Translations under genes and position numbers: made by a program
Notes under the pieces: generated by a model
What the model was told of the DNA's origin: nothing
Seen by the model: the letters and a program-made list of their open reading frames with translations, nothing else
Databases searched by the model: none
Assembly: GCA_013265495.1 (NCBI GenBank)
Contig: MU057521.1
Span: 1,624,335-1,688,334, forward strand
Reading direction: 5' to 3'
Length of the DNA: 64,000 nt
From: Vicugna vicugna
Lineage: Eukaryota
In this document: positions 13,701 to 27,544 of the stretch, piece by piece
How the letters are laid out: each line of letters starts with the position of its first letter
Position numbering within the stretch: position 1 is the stretch's first letter

Positions 13701-13835
13701 TGGCTTGAAGGGGAGCGAGGGGAGTGCCTGGTTAAGGTTCTCTGTTTTCACTTCCTGCTGAGGCCCAGATATTTAAGTTCATGTAGGTAGGTTTATGGTA
13801 GGGTGGGGATGCAACAGAATCCGCCGTGGAATATG

Positions 13836-13910
13836 GCTTTATGGGCTGTGCTCTGCACAGCTTCAGGGGTACTGCTCACAGAGATGAGGATGTAAATTCT
13901 GGAGGTGGAC
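13836..13910. mobile_element. MER91-like hAT MITE fragment
   Basis: 'ggctgtgctctgcacagcttcaggggtactgctcacagagatgaggatgtaaat' resembles the recalled MER91 core. Confidence 0.55.
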
Positions 13911-14379
13911 TACCCCCCCAGTACTTCCTCCTTATGAACCGAAGAGGCATAGGCGCTTTCAATAACATGTCAATAAAATGCACTTGTATTTAAGCCTTAT
14001 AATAGCATGTTTAGATGGATATAATTATTTTAAAGAACCTGAGATGTTGGGAAGTCAGTGCATTTTATTTTGGATATGTTGAGCTTGTTGACCACAATAG
14101 TATATTTAAAGTCAATCTCTTACTGAAGAGGAGAGAAAATACATTGTTAGGGACTAGGCTACATATTTTATCATTGTGATTGGTCCAGATAAGTATTGTT
14201 TGAGGATTAAGAAGGTACCACTTAGCACATTTATTCTCAGGTGAAGCAGGGTTTGCTTTATGGTGAGCTCTCTTAGTTGACCTCACTGTCCACCTCTGTA
14301 ACATTGTCTCAGGAAAGCTGGGAGGCTATTTTCTGGTATGCCTGTGTGTTCTTTTCTGCCAGTTGAGTATCATATTAAC

Positions 14380-14655
14380 TCCATCTTTGAAATATGTACA
14401 AGATTTGACTTATCTCCACTGCCAGCTCCTCAGTTCAAGTCCTATTGTCCCTCTGTTGGATTTATTATAATAGCCTCTTAATATCCTGTCTCCCTGCTTC
14501 CCAACCAAATGAACCTGAAAGAATTAAAGTCAGATCACATCACTCTTCTCAAAACTCTCTAATGGGTTCTGTCTCAGAGTAAAGGCCAAAGTCCTTATTA
14601 ATTCCTAGAATAGTGTTGGCTTGAGCTGGGCACTCAACGTTTGTTGAACAAATCC
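14380..14655 (+). mobile_element. L2 3' fragment
   Basis: 'ttattataatagcctctta', 'aagtcagatcacatcactcttctcaaaactctctaatgg' and a terminal 'gcactcaacgtttgttgaac'. Confidence 0.75.
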
Positions 14656-15554
14656 ATGGCTCCTACTTAAAGAAACAGGAACAATGTTTCAGATAATGCA
14701 TTGTGAGTTTATACTTGATTGTGTCAAAAGACTGATAAATGAATATGTTTATGTTTTATGTTAAAATGTAGCTGTTGAAGGTATTTATGTTCACATTATT
14801 CTAAATATTTTATCATTTTAAAACATTTCATCACTTAAAACAAAAGACTCTTTTTTGTTTATTAATCAACTAGGTCTATGTAAGTCATATAAGACTTACA
14901 ATATATGTGGAGAATTTGATTAGAGGGAAATAACTGAGGACTTGTTCTGGTAATAATTTTTATGATAACTATCATGTATTGAGTCTGTACAGTGTCCCAA
15001 AGGCTGTATATGGACACTTTGCAAGTGTTCTTGGCATCTGGTCCTGATCCCTGACAGTTGTCTGAATCCTCTGTTCACTTCCTCTAAGAATTTGATCAAT
15101 TCCATGTCAGGAAATATGTGTAGACGCATTCAGGTACCCTGCTAAGTAGTGGTGCTTTCGAAGTTCATTAGTTACTGATTGCAGCCTAAACACTGACACA
15201 GGACACGCCACTCTACCCGTGTCCCTGACTCTCTGGATGAACTTCACCTTACTAAGGGTATGACGTGGTGTGGCTGCTGTTTATGTACCTTCCAGACAAT
15301 CAGGTTAATAAAAGAGTAGTTTCCTCAAGATAATGATTTTAAAAGTTTGGCCTTTTTTCTCTAAGCAAATCTGACCATTTTGTAAAATTTCTTAGCATGG
15401 GCCAAAGAAAAAGACACCACAATGATTTGTGATCCTCTGGCATTGAGACTTTTGGTTTTTCTTGAAATTAGTTCTTTTGGAGTCGGGTTGATTTCCTTGA
15501 GCTGCCCCCTATTTCTGATTCCTGATGAGGGCTGTGGGATAAAAGGTTTCTGTA

Positions 15555-16070
15555 ACAGTGGTGTCACCGGCCTTCAGCTTGCCGGCCCGGCCCGCCTGTC
15601 CCGACCGCTGCAGCTGTTCTGAGCTGCCCTCCCGTCTCACCTGCTCTGGGGGGCAGCCCGTTGTGCTCTGTCGCAGATACGGGCCTCTTGCTGGGCCTGA
15701 GCTGCTTGCTCAGCTGTCCCTGTTCTGCCTTGGAATTCCTTTCATCCTTGTGCAACAGGCATTCCCTGTCACCTGTCCTGTCACTCCGGCAGACTGTGCT
15801 TGGGGCCAGGGCCAGGAGGTTGTGCGTAAATGTTGGGGAGCAGCAGGGTGTGTCCGTGCACACAGAAATGTGTGCGGGGTCTTGCCTGCAAGTTTGGTCC
15901 CTCCTATAGGTGTGGAGGCTGCTGCCTTCATACTCTTCTGAGCTGTTCCGCTACCAGGTGTCTGTGTAATAAAATGTATTTGCCTGTCAAAGAAGGCTTT
16001 CTGGTCAGAGGGATGAGTTTTAGTTATGCTCAGAGAGGGGCGGGTGCTTTGAGGTGTGTGGCGGAGTAGA
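15555..16070. promoter_or_regulatory. GC/CpG-rich patch; candidate enhancer or weak alternative promoter
   Basis: About 10 CpGs in 15567-15682 against a CpG-depleted background. Contains a GC-box (ggcccgcc), E-boxes (cagctg x2, cacctg x2) and a TEAD-like cattcc. Not recognisable as a repeat. Confidence 0.45.
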
Positions 16071-17008
16071 TTTAAAGGTGTCTGAGAAACATTAGCGTAC
16101 TTTGGGTTGTATCAAAAGGAGGGCCCTTCTGACAGAAACATCGGAAAGCAGGGCTGCTCAGCTATTCCATCAAAGGCTGATGGAAGTTGTTGTTTCTCCT
16201 CTAACTTTACTGTAAGAAGAGCTAACGACATACTCAGTATGCCAAATTCCATGTGCAAACTAAGAGAGGAAAAATGCAAGCTGAGGTTGTGATTTTTGTA
16301 ATGTGTGATAGAAAGCATCCCATTTTCCATAGTCCCTAATGTGTGTCTCGAGGACCAAAATAGGCTTCTTGAAATTAACAGCTGACAGATTCTTGTTTTT
16401 GTGTTACCCAGGTAGCACTTTGAAATAACTGATGTAGTCAAATGAGTTAATAATTATTTTTTGTAGGCTATTAAGGTTTAGACATTTTGTATTCCTTTCT
16501 TTGTTGTCCTCTGGATAAATGATCATTATAAGCCTTTCATTCTGTGTAGATATGGAAAAGTTGAAAAGCACTTTACTATTTTAATTGTCCGGAACATCCA
16601 AAATCTGAGCCTGTCATGGTCTGTCAGCCCGTTGGCCAATCTTTTCCTTTCTTTGGGTTCTTACTTAGACTGGTCTTTTCCATATGTAACCCCTTTTCTT
16701 GCAATGAAGAGGGAGGAGTTTAGATAGAAAATTGCTTTAATATTGTACTGGTAAGATAGTTTGTAACTACTTTTGTTTTATTGAACCAGGCATTTACTGC
16801 TGGGTTTCTTAGAAGGTAGTTTTTCTCTTCAAGTGCATTCTCTCTCATTTTCCCTTAGCCAACTCTTTTTGCCATGTCTTGACGTGTGGGTAGGGCAAAC
16901 AGAAACATGATTTCTGAGAATATTTTGTTTTTTCCTTTTTCTTTGTGCTAACTTGGAACTCAGGTTAATGTTTCTTTCATTTGTTTTTATTTTTACTTTA
17001 AAATAAAA

Positions 17009-17325
17009 TGTATTAGACTAGCTTATGTTACACTAAAAATTCCCAAATGATTTTAGCGACTTAAAATAATAAAAGTTTGATTCCTGCTCATGTTATGTAT
17101 ATTCACTGTGGATTGCCAGCGGGTGGGGGTGAGAGGGGATTTCACGATATTCCTCAGAGTTCCAGGCTGATAGAGCAGGTGCTGTCTGGAACATTACGAG
17201 TTGCCCTGCAAAGGGAAACGAGAGAGTTCCAGAGGGCTTCAGCTCACATGGCTTTAGTGACATGGTTCCACCCAACCACATGGAGCCAAGAAGGGTAATC
17301 CTACCAAGTGCCCAGAAGAGGATGC
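17009..17325 (-). mobile_element. MLT1 (MaLR, MLT1J-like) solo LTR
   Basis: Begins 'tgtattag' and contains 'ccaggctgatagagcagg...tctggaacatt' and 'aatcctaccaagtgcccagaagagg'. Confidence 0.75.
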
Positions 17326-17336
17326 TGACACCATGG

Positions 17337-17912
17337 TGTGGGTCATTTAGGATGCCTCTGGCTGCAAGTAACAGGCAGCCTGAACCAAGTAAGCTTAAAT
17401 CATAAGGGGATTTAGTATTTTACAACACTGAGAATCTGGAAGTTGGTGGGGTCCAGACAATACGTAGTATGATCAGGAAGTCACTGAGCCATCAAGGGCT
17501 TGAGCCCTTTCTGTCTCTCAGTGCCACCATCCTTGATCTGGAGTCTTGCTGTCATGTAGGCTTTGCTCTTGGTCAGAAATTACTTCAGCAGTTCCGTTTA
17601 GCACTTCCAGAAAAGGTTATGGCTATAGAAGAAGAGCGCGGAGGGAGAAACATATTTTTCTTAGGAGTTCTTTCCCAGAAGCCCCCAGTTAGATTTCTCG
17701 TGTTTCATTGGGAAGAACTATTGTCACATGTCCATTCTAAACCAGTTACCATGATTGGTTTAGAAATCACAGTCTACTTCCTGCAAATTAAAATAGGGTT
17801 GACCTTTCCCTGAAGCACATGGCTGTAGGCAGGAGAGGTGGGTACTTAAACAGAAGTGGGGTTCAGTCAAGAAAGGGGATGTAGGATGAACCACCAACAG
17901 TGTCTGCTGCAC
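17337..17912 (-). mobile_element. MLT1 (MLT1K/L-like) solo LTR
   Basis: 'ggatgcctctggctgcaagtaacag', 'tttcccagaagcccccag...tttcattgg...gtcacatgtccattctaaaccag' and an end of 'caccaacagtgtctgctgca'. Confidence 0.75.
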
Positions 17913-20900
17913 TCTGGGCAGCATGGGTACATATGGCTGAGACTTTCCTCTCTAGAGATGATAAGAGATACTCCTTTTTTTAGTGGGTGTAAGATGGTCC
18001 ATAGAAGGGAGATTCTAGTGGACAAGAGGTAACCTTAACTTTAAAACCTTTTTCTCAGATAGTTCAGCAGATACAGAATAAGACTGTTTTTACAAAAGTC
18101 AACATTGTATACATAGGACCGCAGTAGGTGCCGGGTCATGCATTACAGAAAAGACACGATGGCAGTTGCATCATCCGTCATCAGTTTATAGAACTCCTAC
18201 CTGATCAGACACCTACATGAAACAACTCAGAAATGGGCCATTGCTTCTAGTATCTCCGGAACAGTCCAGTTTTTGCTCGGATGAGATAAAGCTGTAGTGT
18301 GAGGTTAATTAGTTTTTATTTCATTTCTTGCTCTCTCTAGAGATGTACCAGTAATGTTGTAGTGATTTTTCCTGCTGTGTTTCAGATAAGACTTGATGTT
18401 TCTTTGAGGTTTTGAAAAAGATGTGTTCCAATTTCTCCTTATCTTCCAAGTACAGGCTAGGCTGGCAACACTGCGACCCATTTGTGTGGCGTGGCTGCGT
18501 TTTAACTTCTGAAACCTTTGTTTCTTTTCTGTTCTCATGGAGTTGAGCTTCGCTCTTCTACCTAGCTTCTGAGACACCCGGAAAGGGTGCCAATCCCTAA
18601 AATAGGCAATGTGCTGGTGGGGGTGTGCGTTATCTCTTTATAGCTTTGTGTTTGTTGTTTTTCTTTCTAATTCTTAGCAGGGCTCCAGGGCCCAGCCCCG
18701 CAGTTCCTCTGCTGGCAGAGAGCGTCTCCTTGCCTTGGTGCTTGCTCTGGGCCACCCCGTGCTTTTGTCCAGCTTTGCCTTTTAGCTTTCCGCCCTCCTT
18801 CTGGGCGCTTGCTCTGTCACCTGCTTACAGACCTGTACCAACAGGTCAACCTCTGAGCAGTACTTCCTGCAAATACCTTTTCGTCTTGCCTGTTTGGCTC
18901 TGGACGCTTAAGCTATTTGTTTTTGCGAGTAAGGCCTTTTTCACTTGTGTGTTTAGGGTTTGAAAGAAATGTGTTCAGTTAGTGTTCATCTTTGGAAAGT
19001 TCCAGATTATGGACACTTCTAAATAAATCCTCATAGATTATTAGAATGTGGAAAGAGCTTGCATTTTGACCCAATAAACTGGTTTTCACAGGTATAAAAA
19101 TGCCTTTTTCCTCCAGGTACTTGAAAAATATTATGAAAATGCAAAGTCCATTATCAGAAAGCTGTTATCTTTTTCCACATTCTAAGAAAATATATTATGC
19201 TTTGGTTGGTAAAATTACTTGATTATAGTAGTAAACTTTTTATTATTATTATTTTAAACATTTTAGGGTATGTTTTACCAAAGTAAATCATACCTTTGTC
19301 ATCTAGTGACTAATAATAGAGCTTTAAAAGGAAAAAAAGACAAAATGGAACAGCTCCTTCAGGGCCAGTAAAATGACATTTCCAAGATGAGAAGATGGGT
19401 GAGAAGCTAAGTAACTTGATACAGATTATGCAGCCAGTAAATGGGCTGCTTTCTGTTCTTGTTCATGCTGTCATGCCTTCATCTTTTCCCTTAGCTTTTT
19501 TTTTTCTTTTTCTTTTCATTTGGTATAGTTCGTATCTTGCTTAGAAAAAGTGAGAGGAAGGTGAGAAGTACACATTTCTTTCACGTTTTTATTCTTTTAG
19601 GCTGATGACCATTAGAACTTCTTTTTTTTTAAAAGGGGAAAAAAACCAGATAAAAGCAAAACCTTATTCCTCAGTGCATTTTTGAGTAGTTATATAGAAA
19701 CCCATAATTACCAAACAAAGGAAGCAATCTAGTTTCTTTTTGCTGAGGTGTCCTTAACTTTCCAAGTATTGTTCAGTGAATTGATGTGAGGCAGAGATGA
19801 AATATCTTATTAAGTTTATTACTTTTTTCAGTAAACCCATGGCAGAAAAGAAAATTTCAGTTAATGTCCACACTTGCATTTTGCGCCTTTGCAGTTGGAA
19901 TTTGTCTATTCCCTTAAGAGTTGTGTTTTTTTTAAAATAAGATCTTTCCCTTCGAAGGATGATGAATGCAAATTAGCTTCTTTTCATATGGTGATTTCAG
20001 TGATGGGAGGGTTATAAGGTTAAATCTCTATAGAGAATGGAGACTCTTGTTGAATCCACATCTTTCTAAACCAAGAAAAAAGGGAAATTTTGTGTCTGAT
20101 ACCTATGGAATGTTTATAGAACTGACTGTGATGTTTGTGAGTCAAAATAGGATTTATATGGGAATGTTTATTGGTTGAATTTTTGAGTCTACTTTGTGGG
20201 AAATATAGAGCGTGGAGAGAAAAGTCCTTAGGATAACTTAGAATTACTTTTTAAAAATCACCTAAATATAATGACGGAGTAAGTGTTCCAGTTGACATGG
20301 TAGGAGCCACACCGAGGGTCTGGGTGCTTGGGGTGTGGAGTGTATCAGATGGACATGACGTTTCACCGTTGCTTTGAGGAAATGTAGGTAAAAAGACTCA
20401 TCTTGAGGTCTCTGTAAAACTTGGGAAAATATTTTCTTTGCAAGTTTTAAAAAATTGCCATTTACCTGTCAGAGGAAAACATCTTTTTACTTTAAGGCCG
20501 CTTTTCTACTTCATGAAATTGTGTTACGTTTGCATCTAAAATGTTTTGAATTTATTCACAAATATGCTTCTTTGAAAATGCAGCAGATTGGGAATGCATT
20601 GAGCGATGGGAAGAGTTAGCTGTACTGGCTATGTTCTCATTTGTATTTTTGGCTCAAATAATATTTGTTAAAATCTCTTGACCATACGAAACATTTCTGT
20701 TTTAATTTCAAGATCTTACTTACAGTGTAACACACTGATATATTTCCTTACCCTTGGCTATGCTTTGCTGGCTAAGATCAAGGAATAATCAAAAATGACT
20801 AAGTGTATACTTGATTGACAAACCTACAATGTACCATATTGGTTTTGGAGATCAGTTTCTTTTACCTTTATATGTGGACCCCACTGATATTTGTTGGTTC

Positions 20901-22159
20901 CTGAGTCTATGTCTTACCTCATTTATTTGTTTTCAAACCCTAGACTAATTTCCTTTTCAGATCTGCGGGAAGGATGGGTTGAACTAGTGATCTTCTCATT
21001 TTGGCTTAAAAAAAAAGAACCACTTTGGGTACACATGTTCGCAGTGAACAGCCTTCAAAATCCTGAAATAAGTGGGGAAAACATAAATTTAATTGTTTAA
21101 AATTTTCTCTGACGTTTTTACCCTGCCTGGTAATTAGACTTTTAGGCTGTTAACATCGGAGCATCCCAAATCGAAATGTAAATTACAAAATAAAATTATT
21201 TTTCACGTATTGGAAATTTCAGCTTTATCTTCTTGTTTAATTATATTTTTTGATGTTGCTTCAGAACTTCTTGTTTAGTTACATTTTTGATGTTGTATGT
21301 ATCTTTTTAGGAATATCAGTGTATTTCTGAAACATATTAGGAGTTTATTGAGATGGTGGTATGAGCCTGGGACTGCCCACACTACCCAAACAGACATTAA
21401 CTGCTTCAGAATTAGTGATATTACAGTTTCTGTAACTGGTGGCTTAACTGACTCATCTGCGAGTTGATTTTGCCTGGGCGTTCAAATCATTACTATATAG
21501 TTTGTCTATCCTCCTTTCCTCTTTCTCTTTTCCACTTTCTTTCTGTAACTTTAGGAAATTCAAAATCAAAAAATTGAGAGTATATTATATTAATATAATT
21601 TCCAGTAACTCATTTCAGCCTAGATTAAACAGACACGGTGATTCGACTGACTTTAGAGTCTTCCAGCTGTTCTCAGACCTGAGCCTCATTGCCTTTTGGG
21701 TTCCATTCTTGTCTGTTTTTGTTTCTGTCAGAGACGATAGTAGTGCCTCCAGATGGTAGTTTCAAGGGCTGGATGCTAGTGGTCCACAGGTTTATATTGT
21801 TTGAACAGGACACATTTAATTTTTAAAAACTAGTTGTCAGTATTTTTTTTTTAAATGAGTTTATTTCCAGTGTCTCTTGAAAAGAGACAGAAAGCCTGGC
21901 AATATCAGACCCACATTTGTGCATGAATTTAAGCATCACTGTCTTCTTCGGATGATGTACATGGTCTCCTGTTCCCCAGTTCCACTGAGTGCCCTTCGTT
22001 TTCTGTTACTTGCCTGGCCCCTCGTGGGCATTTCGGCCTTGCAGTCCTGCTCTGGAAGAATTCTTACTGCAAATGCTTCCCCGTTTTTATGCCAGTAGAT
22101 TTTTCTACTTTTTTCGCTGCTGATCCTGTGCTTGCCATGGCATGTGAACTGGTGAAAAA

Positions 22160-22300
22160 AATGAATGATTTGGGAAGCAGGTATACTTGATTTTGAATCC
22201 TAGTTTTACCATTTTATTAGCTGGGCATTCTTCGGACAAGTTTTACATCACATACCAGGTTCCTCGTGTGAATGTGTGTAGTCACCACCTCACCGAGTGG
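22160..22300 (+). mobile_element. MIR SINE
   Basis: 'ttgaatcctagttttaccattttattagctgggcattcttcggacaagtt' matches the MIR core. Confidence 0.7.
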
Positions 22301-23599
22301 CTGTCCTACTCAGTGTAATGTTCTTCCTGTCACCCTCCTCTGTTTTTCTTCCTCCACTTCCACTCTCCCCAAACAATATGTTTTGTATTATTTTTGTTTG
22401 TTATTAGCGGCCTGCAAAGCTTAATGAAATTTGCACAGTGATACCCTTGGAATGGATGTCCCTCTGGTGTTTTTAATGAGGATGTATGTGTAGATTCTCC
22501 GGAGATGAATAAATCTTAAGTTAAAATGTAAAAGCAATACACTGTGTCTTTTAATATTCTAGGAAGTATGTGATTGTTAAATAGTGCAATTTCCTAATCA
22601 AGGTGCTAAAAGAATATGGGCTACATGATGTTACATGATTTTCACATTGATTTAATGCTTTGAAATGCTTTGAAATTAAATGTTAGGCATTAGAACAGTT
22701 CTTTAATTTTATGACGGGGCTTTATGGTTGATCCAAATAGGATATAAGTTGTTCAAAGGAAATACCTATATTGCATATCTATAATCTGTTTTAAAATATT
22801 GACTCCCTTTCTAACTTTGCCATAATGGTTGTGGTAGAGGTGTCTGTGGGAAAAAGTTTTCATTCTGGAAATATTAATATAAAATTAGATAATACAAAGC
22901 ATAGTTGTTACTTTAAAGCATCCTTTAATACTGCTTTGCAGCTAAATCCACAAAACATAGCAGCCTAGGGTTCCACCTACCCAATTAGACTTTCCATCCA
23001 GAAATGTTCCCAGTGTGACTCAGTTACATCTTTTTTGTTCTCTAACAGTGGAGTCTGCCTTTGGGGTATGCATGAGCTCCCAGCCACTTAGGGGACTGCT
23101 GACCCCTGTAGCCAAACTGCTGCATTGAAGTGGCTGTGGTAGCTTGTCTGCCACCCTCCTCCACTGCTCCCTGAGCATCTTTTCTCTCTCTGACTCTAAC
23201 TGCTTCTGAAATATAATGTGATGGCCTTTAACCATGCTATCTCAACTCTTGGAATTCAGGACGAAGCAGGGTACCAGCAAGAAGAGGAGGAAGATCATGA
23301 GTGATTTCTGCATAGGTTATAATGGGACCCTGACCACCTCACCTCGGTCTCGGTCTTTTGGTCTGGTCCACGCATCCCGCCTACAGGAAAGCACGAGCAT
23401 GCCTTATTCAGCCTCCTGCGGTCTATACTGAACCAGCGCTACCCACCTCACCACAGGGCTGGGGCAGACAGGAGACTGAGACTGCTGCACATCTGTCATT
23501 CGTGTCCCATCCCCCTGGCATCTTACTCTTTCTCTGTCCCTTCTTTTGGGCTTCTCTGTTGGCAGAGTCAGTCAGTCCATGGCACCATGACCCTGTTGT

Positions 23600-24615
23600 T
23601 TGGAAGTGCTGTACCAGTCTCCCCATGTGTCCTTCCTCACCTGCTTCCCAAACTCTTAGTAGCCTACTTCTGTCCTCTCTAAATGTGACTTTTCCCAGTG
23701 ACCTAGGATATTTTTCCTATTGGGCAGACCTAGATTCTGTCACTTCAGTTGATGAACACTTAAAGGTTCAAATAGCCTCCATCTTAAAAACAAAACAAAC
23801 ACAAAACAAAACCCCTTTCACCACCAACTACTGCTCTATCTTCTATCCTTTGATCTTTTACAGGCAAAACTTTTTAAACTCTTCTTTCTCTCATTTGTTC
23901 TCAACCCCATCCAATCTGGGCTCGCCTTTTATTGTGGAAGTAATTTTCTTAACGGGGATAGTAATAATACTTAACCTCATTGGGTTCTTGGGAGAACTAA
24001 ATGAGTTAATACTTGTAAAACTCTTGGAACAATGTGGTTGGCACATGGTGAACACTCAGTAGATGCTAGGTTTCATTATTATTAATTATTTGCCACATCC
24101 ACTAATGTCCTTTGTCTCCTTTGATTATTGACAGTATTTGACACAGAAGATCATCTCATTCTTTTAAAATGCTTTTCCCTTCCCTTGGCTGCTGTGACAC
24201 TTTACTGTCCTGGTTCTTTTCCAGTGTCATATTGACCATTTTCAGTTCCCTCATAGTTTCTGTTCCACTTGTCCTTTAAATGTAAATATTTCTCAAGGAT
24301 CTCTCCAAGTGTCCTGCCCTCAAATTGCTGTTTGTGCATTTTTCTTTTTGGTTAATGCTGTTACATTCTCTGAGTCATTCAGGGTTCTTACCTTGAAATC
24401 ATCCAAAATTCTGTCTTCTCCTTCACTTCTTCTCCAAACCAGCCCCAAATCTAACCTTTTCCCAAATCCTGTTGATTGCACCTTTGTCATTGCATACATA
24501 GCTTTGTCATGTTCATTGCCACCATCCTGTTTTGGGTTTCAGGTCTCTTCTGTCTCCACATTGCTGCCAGAGTTATCTTTCTTAAATCTCAGCTGTGATA
24601 TCACTCCCCATTGCT
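23600..24615 (+). mobile_element. L2 fragment split by a MIR insertion
   Basis: 'tcaaccccatccaatctgggct', 'gacagtatttgacacagaagatcatctcattctttt' and 'ctgccagagttatctttcttaaatctcagctgtgatatcactcccc'. Confidence 0.7.
23950..24085 (+). mobile_element. MIR SINE (3' part) nested in L2
   Basis: 'ggggatagtaataatacttaacctcattgggttcttgggagaactaaatgagttaatacttgtaaaactcttggaacaatg...ggcacatggtgaacactcagtagatgctag'. Confidence 0.85.
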
Positions 24616-24617
24616 TG

Positions 24618-25015
24618 AAGTGGTGGTCTACAAAGAGGGGTGCTTGCATTATAGGGAGGAGGCAAATAGATACATTTGGATATGGAAAGAAAATGTTAAA
24701 AACACCTTGTGTTTGTGCTTAAATGAAGCTTTACTAATATTTGATGTGCATTGACATCAGTACCTTCATTGGATCTGTAAGTCATTTGGTCATGTGTCTT
24801 GAAATATCCCAAGGGAAGAATGCAGATGGGTTAAGAGCCCTCCATTGTTGCTTTTCAGCATATTGCAACCTATTATGGATTATATGTGTAACTGGATTTA
24901 TGGAGTATGTCACTTAGTTTTTAGTAAGTAAATGTTCTCAAAATGGAAAGTGACTTGTAAAAATCCTACCAAAAAAAGAGGATTGAAAATAATATTAACA
25001 ATGCACAATGAATAG
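24618..25015 (+). mobile_element. hAT-Charlie DNA transposon 5' fragment including a decayed transposase start
   Basis: TIR-like start 'agtggtggtctacaaagaggggtgc'. The segment 'caaaatggaaagtgacttgtaaaaatcctaccaaaaaaagaggattgaaaataatatt' resembles a Charlie MDKWLKK..KK.RIE N-terminus with indels. Confidence 0.55.
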
Positions 25016-27544
25016 TGCGTTGCTAATATTATCTTAGATGGGGGAGAGGAAGTGTTTCAGTTAGAGAGAACGGTGTGGGGAAACTTGGGAATGTCATGCT
25101 GGACTTGAAGACATGGTCCCTTTAGTGCTGCATGCTGGATGAGAACCTCTTTTCTTCTGGTTCTGTGATTGCTTGTGTGGGGTGGACCTTCATTAGAGTA
25201 ATACTCCAGGCCTCACTCGGACCCTCACTTACTCTTCCCTAGGCTAGGAGAAGTGACTTATCTTTCTGGAGTTTAGAAAAAGGAATGGGGCCTGTCTCGT
25301 GGAGCTCATCATTTTCTGCAGCTTTACAGGGCAGGCCTCTGCAGGCAGGCCTGTGGCTGTCAAAGTCACTGGGACGGTGACTGGGTAGATAAGTTGGCCT
25401 AATTCTGTGGTGAACTAGGAGCAAGACCCCTTGGCTCACTGACCTTAGCTATCTTGTCCAACCAAGGCTTTATTAGTAGTAAAGCTGATATTTTTATCTC
25501 TAGCTGTCTGACTTCCCTGTCTGTTTCTCACGGGTTGCAAACTTTGCTGGAGAGGAGGGGGAACAGGAGTGGTAAGAACCGAATCTGTTTCACCGCAACA
25601 CCAAAGTCTGCACCTCGAAATCAAGTCGCTACTAACTTTGAGGGTTGCTTCATGAGAGTAAAAGAAGTTTTGAAAACTTAACTATCTACAAATGTAGAGA
25701 CATAAATATTCTTGGGAGTGGAAAGTAAAAACAAGCTAGGACCTGTTACCTTTTCTAATTAACTGCCATCCACTGATTAAATCCTAGCTCCTGCAGCCAC
25801 CCCCTGCCAAATTCCTGGATTACTGGAAGTGACGGTGGTAGTGATGGAGGGGGGCAGGTGAGTGGAAATAGCGAATGAAAAAGATCTCACTTTGAGTATA
25901 ACCTAGGTATCAGGCTCTAAATTATAGTGTTATGATATCTCAATATTAGAATGAGGCAATATCAGATCACGAAAATGAATTTTCCAGTAGGAACGGGGAA
26001 AGTTAAAATTAAAATAATTTCAAAGGGAAAGACTAAAGCATAATTTGCTTCAGCTTTTCAAAAGTACCACAATGTTATTTGACTCTCTCTCGCAGTGGGA
26101 AATGTGCTTGCATTGGATTATGGGAGCAAGACCACAATTCTTACTTACACTTGAAAAAGTCCTAGAATTTGAGCGAATACACCTAGTAATATAGAAGGTT
26201 GGAAAGAAGATCTTCTGCAGTTTTCTGTTGGATTTGATCCTTTCCTTATACAGGAAAAGGTACAGCCCATACATGGCAAAACCCAATTCGGTTTTTGAAA
26301 GTTTCAAAAGTTTTAAATGAAGTGATTTAATGGTTTGGAACATGACTCACTTGTGCCATAGGCATGAAATCCTAAATAATGACTCATGAGAATTCCTGCT
26401 GCCACAGAGTTTTAGAACATAGGGAGTGAACTCCCTCTCTGAAAATACTTATATTTAATTGCGCTTCTGTGTAGGTCAATATGTAACAGCTGTTTGAATC
26501 TGGTGGTCGTCTGTGTTTGGGGACAGAGAGGAGACGACAGAGTGTATGCTTTTATGTTAGAGAAGTTGTCCCCCCTCCCCCAAGTCTGGTTTGATAGAGT
26601 ACAATAGCAAAACACTACTCAGTTCAAAGGGTGGCCCATTTAAATCTGACACCTTTATCCATGAAGTGGTTTGGAACAAAAGATGCTAAGATGCAGTATT
26701 TGGCTGGCGCTAATTAACCACGTAGAATGTAGAAAAGAGGGTTGATGTGAGAGGCTCAAGGTGTCTTAGGGCTCCTAAGAGAGGGATGAGAACCCATTAG
26801 TACCTCTGTATCTGGGAAAAGGGTTGTTGCCAAGAAGCCTTGTTTTGTAAATTCGTTTAATGTCTATTTTAGAAAGAAACTATCCAGAGAAGCCTAAAGT
26901 TAATAGTTTGAGAACTGCAGTGTAGTAGTCAAAGAAGCCACAGCTTGGATGAAATATTTCAGCTGCTTTGATGAAGGAAAAGCAGAAATGAAAAAAAATT
27001 GCAAAGACAACATTCTCTCCGTTTCCTCAAGCCCCAAATCAGTGAGTAGGCACCTTGAAAACCAGAGATTGAATACAATGGAGAAGATCCAAAAACGGAA
27101 TCAGACCTGACCTGTAAGGCAGGAAGTGCAGCCTTATTGAGCCTCTGTTGAAAACAAGTCAACAATGATATCATTGCTGGGGCCTGAGGAGGCTATTTTG
27201 TAACTCTGAAATACAAATTTAAAAATTATATTACTCTGTAAACAGCAGGAAAAACCACAACAAAAGACTGTAACAACCTCACTCACATATCTGGAATATA
27301 GGCAAAACCAGGAAAATAGGCAGAAAAAAATTCTCTGAATATCCCAAACTAATGTCAGTAAACCTTATTGAGATCAGATTTCATTATCTTTAAATATAAT
27401 TCTGCTAAGCTGGCTGTGTGGTTATATTAGAAATATGCAGTTGGGAAAGAGGCAGCTATAGGCTTTTGCAATGACAGTATCAAGCAAGTATGTGGGTAGG
27501 AATGGAAAATTATATGATTACCTAATAATGAGAAAGGACATGGT

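Noticed and set aside
20770..20782. ggctaagatcaag, identical to part of the U2 snRNA 5' region
   Set aside because: Only about 13 nt match and the flanks diverge. This is chance or an unprovable remnant.
20941..21030. Strong-looking acceptor tttccttttcag at 20960
   Set aside because: There is no good downstream donor and no recognisable coding frame.
23358..24062. Longest ORF (234 aa)
   Set aside because: It has a TTG start, runs through L2 and MIR remnants, has an S/L/F-rich composition typical of pyrimidine-rich non-coding DNA, and shows no domain.
25797..25863. Possible 61-nt exon ending CAG|GTGAGT
   Set aside because: The acceptor has a poor pyrimidine tract, and isolated donors are expected by chance.
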